Source of the DNA: an uncultured Acidobacteriota bacterium
Lineage (GTDB): Bacteria > Acidobacteriota > UBA6911
Assembly: GCA_963809485.1 (NCBI GenBank)
Contig: CAWEJX010000001.1
Span: 32,001-96,000, forward strand
Direction: 5' to 3'
Length of the DNA stretch: 64,000 nucleotides
Shown piece by piece: positions 61,757 through 64,000 of the stretch. The position numbers and the translations under genes were made by a program. The first letter of the stretch is position 1. Each line of letters begins with the position of its first letter. Below the pieces are notes generated by a model that made no database searches, was not told the origin of the DNA, and worked only from the letters and a program-made list of their open reading frames with translations.

Positions 61757-62917
61757 TCATGTGCCGGCATGATCCGCCCGGATCTTCCGGCCCTCTGCCA
61801 GAGCAAGGTCGATTTCATCGATTACCGGCGGCTCGGGTTCTCTTTTGCGGGCCGATTGCAGGCATAGAAATGCCCGTTGCGAGGCCACTTTTCCCAGTGC
61901 CCAGGCTGCGTGCATTCTCACCAGCGGGCTTGTGTCTTCCCTGAGGGCTTCATCCAGCGCAGGGACAGCCTCCTCGCTCCCGGAATTGCCGAGAGCGACC
62001 GCGACGTTTCTGACGAACCCGTCGCGGGTAGCCCTAACGATCGGACTGCCTATGAACCGCTCTCTGAACTCACCGGACGAAATGCGGAGCAGCGGGATGA
62101 GATCCGGCATGTGATTTCCGGTCCGGGGATTGAATCCGGTTTCAGTCGTGCTTACAGCGAAACGGTTCCATGGGCAGGCTTCCTGGCAATCGTCGCAGCC
62201 ATAGATTCGATTCCTGATCCGTGTACGCAGGAGGCGCGGAATGGGCCCACGGTGCTCGATAGTCAGGTAAGAAACGCACAGCCGGGCATCCAGGACATAG
62301 GGGACGACAATAGCGCCGGTGGGGCACGCCTTGATGCAGCGGTTGCACTGTCCGCAGAAATCCTTTTCCCGGGAATCGGGCTCCAGAACGGTGTCCAGGA
62401 GGATTACGCCGAGGAAAAACCACGACCCGTGGTCCCGCGTTATCAAATTTGTGTTCTTCCCCATCCAGCCCAGGCATGTCGCGCCGCCCCAAAGCTTTTC
62501 CATGACAGGACCGGTATCGACATAGCACCGACCCTGGATGGAGGGTTCCTGGCATTGGATGAAATGCAGCAATTCCTTCAGACGGAAACGCAGGGCGTCG
62601 TGGTAATCATCACCCCAGGCATAGCGGCTGATCATTCCTTTCAGCGGATCCTTCCCGTTCGACATCATGGTGTAGTAGTTCAGGGCAAGCACCACGATGG
62701 ATCGCGCATTGGGGAGTATCAGGGCGGGATTGAGGCGCCTGGAAGCCTGGCGCTCGAGATAGTGCATGTCCCCGTGCATTCCTTTGCTCAACCATTCGCT
62801 GAAATGCTCGCAATAGGGGAGAGTGCCAACAGGTGTAATCCCTGCCTTCATAAATCCGAGCCGCCGGGCTTCCTGGCGTATCTTGTCAGTCAAATCTGCG
62901 CATTGGACGGAAGCCAT
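61757..62917 (-). CDS. queG: Epoxyqueuosine reductase
   Basis: ISRYAWGDDYH, VDTGPVMEK, GWMGKNT, CGQCNRCIKACPTGA, IYGCDDCQEACPWN, HEAT-like tail. Confidence 0.96.
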   Translation of the reverse strand: MASVQCADLTDKIRQEARRLGFMKAGITPVGTLPYCEHFSEWLSKGMHGDMHYLERQASRRLNPALILPNARSIVVLALNYYTMMSNGKDPLKGMISRYAWGDDYHDALRFRLKELLHFIQCQEPSIQGRCYVDTGPVMEKLWGGATCLGWMGKNTNLITRDHGSWFFLGVILLDTVLEPDSREKDFCGQCNRCIKACPTGAIVVPYVLDARLCVSYLTIEHRGPIPRLLRTRIRNRIYGCDDCQEACPWNRFAVSTTETGFNPRTGNHMPDLIPLLRISSGEFRERFIGSPIVRATRDGFVRNVAVALGNSGSEEAVPALDEALREDTSPLVRMHAAWALGKVASQRAFLCLQSARKREPEPPVIDEIDLALAEGRKIRADHAGT

Positions 62918-62943
62918 ATAAACCGGATATCCAATCTCGAATT

Positions 62944-63936
62944 CTATTTAAACGTCTGGCAGAGAAACGGCAGGGTTTCGTCCAGATGGGCCGATACTAA
63001 TGCCCAACCGTGAGTCTCCCCTGCGCGGACCTTGAAGGTATGGGGGACCCGGGCATCGGTCAGGATCTGATCCAGGGTCTTGATGCCCTCGTCGTGATGG
63101 ATCATTGGGATATAACGGTCATTGGTTCCGTAGTCAAAGTAGATCTTGAGCCCGTCGAGTTTGCCGCTTTTGGCCAGCACGAGAGGATTGTTGGCGTCCC
63201 AGAGGTCCTGCCGAACCGGTTCCCCGAACAAAGGCCTCAGCATGCCCACAAAGAATGAATAGAAACGCGACGATTTTGCGTCCTCGGAAAGCTCCAGCGG
63301 GTTTGAGCCGGGGAAAATTATGGGCGACTGGCCCACCACGGCAGCGTACCTGTCCGGATATTTCATGGCAATCTTGAGCGCGCCGTACCCGCCCATGGAC
63401 GTCCCGGCGATGGACCGGTTTTCGCGGCCCTTTTTGGCCCGGTATTGGGTTTCCATGTGAACGATGAGCTCCTGAGCTACGAGATCTTCGTAGCGCTTGC
63501 TTCCGTCCATGTAGTTGCAATAGAAACTGTCATCGCCGCGCGGGTGTACAATGATGAATTCCGGGATTTTCCCGGAAATCATCATCTGCTCGAGCGTATT
63601 CTGAATGCTGCCGTAGCGCTCGACAGTCCAGCTTGTCTCATCGTTGTTCAGCCCGTGCAGGAAATAGACGACGGGATATGTCTGCGAAGGCTTTTTTGAG
63701 AAAGAGGGGGGCAGGAAGACGCTGTAGCGCGCCGGAATTCCCAGGCATTTTGAATCGAAGGACTTGAACTCTATGACGGCCCCGCCCGGCAGCGATATGG
63801 CGCTCAGGTCTCCCCGCCGGCGTTCGTCATTGAACTGCGAAAGCAGGGGCTGAATCAGCCATAATGAAACAGCCGCGCAAACGGCTGCAAGGAAAAGCGC
63901 GTACCGTGAGTATGTCGCATCGGTCGAACGAAACAT
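62944..63936 (-). CDS. Exported alpha/beta-hydrolase esterase
   Basis: N-terminal hydrophobic segment, YPVVYFLHG, nucleophile elbow GTSMGG, DYGTND, HGW. Confidence 0.9.
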   Translation of the reverse strand: MFRSTDATYSRYALFLAAVCAAVSLWLIQPLLSQFNDERRRGDLSAISLPGGAVIEFKSFDSKCLGIPARYSVFLPPSFSKKPSQTYPVVYFLHGLNNDETSWTVERYGSIQNTLEQMMISGKIPEFIIVHPRGDDSFYCNYMDGSKRYEDLVAQELIVHMETQYRAKKGRENRSIAGTSMGGYGALKIAMKYPDRYAAVVGQSPIIFPGSNPLELSEDAKSSRFYSFFVGMLRPLFGEPVRQDLWDANNPLVLAKSGKLDGLKIYFDYGTNDRYIPMIHHDEGIKTLDQILTDARVPHTFKVRAGETHGWALVSAHLDETLPFLCQTFK

Positions 63937-64000
63937 TCTATCGCTCCTCTGGAATCAGCCTGCGTGCCGGCATCCGGTCTTTCACTGAAGATTGTGCATG

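Noticed and set aside
61751-61767. sigma54-like CGGCACATGACTTGAG on the minus strand
   Set aside because: It has GA instead of the conserved GC at -12 and overlaps the queG stop; the adjacent sigma28 match is much better.

Overview
This is a bacterial chromosomal window, most likely Acidobacteriota (inferred from an Acidobacterial-type VWA protein, an archaeal-like ArgRS and the contiguous str-S10 operon), with anaerobe-type genes such as hcp and selenoproteins. Bases 1-5.8 kb hold the str operon running into S10 (rpsL-rpsG-fusA-tuf-rpsJ-rplC-rplD') behind a near-perfect sigma70 promoter. Housekeeping and envelope genes follow: PatB/MalY, ssb, PBP1A, ispB, larC, argS, a Crp/Fnr regulator with hcp, thrC, aroF, aceE, OmpA, murU-amgK-alpha2-macroglobulin-pbpC, a PPIase, an SSS transporter, MoxR/VWA, a CitE-like lyase and queG. 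Highlights the ORF track misses: (1) two probable exported selenoproteins split at in-frame UGA codons with downstream SECIS-like hairpins, a W-U-P-H-C thioredoxin (25778-26221) and a 568-aa UGGC (UGSC-family) fusion (42907-44613); (2) a polymorphic-toxin island (44.8-53.4 kb) with a signal-peptide Rhs carrying an HExxH tip, an Asp-box putative immunity protein, and a RAYT-like Y1 transposase whose inverted TGGACACC ends abut orphan toxin-tip-like fragments on both sides, plus an IS66 remnant; (3) at least seven intergenic period-7 repeat tracts of different sequence, several as inverted arms; (4) clear sigma28, sigma54 and FNR-type sites. Frameshifts in pbpC and rhs look like homopolymer over-calls. 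No tRNA, rRNA or CRISPR array was seen.
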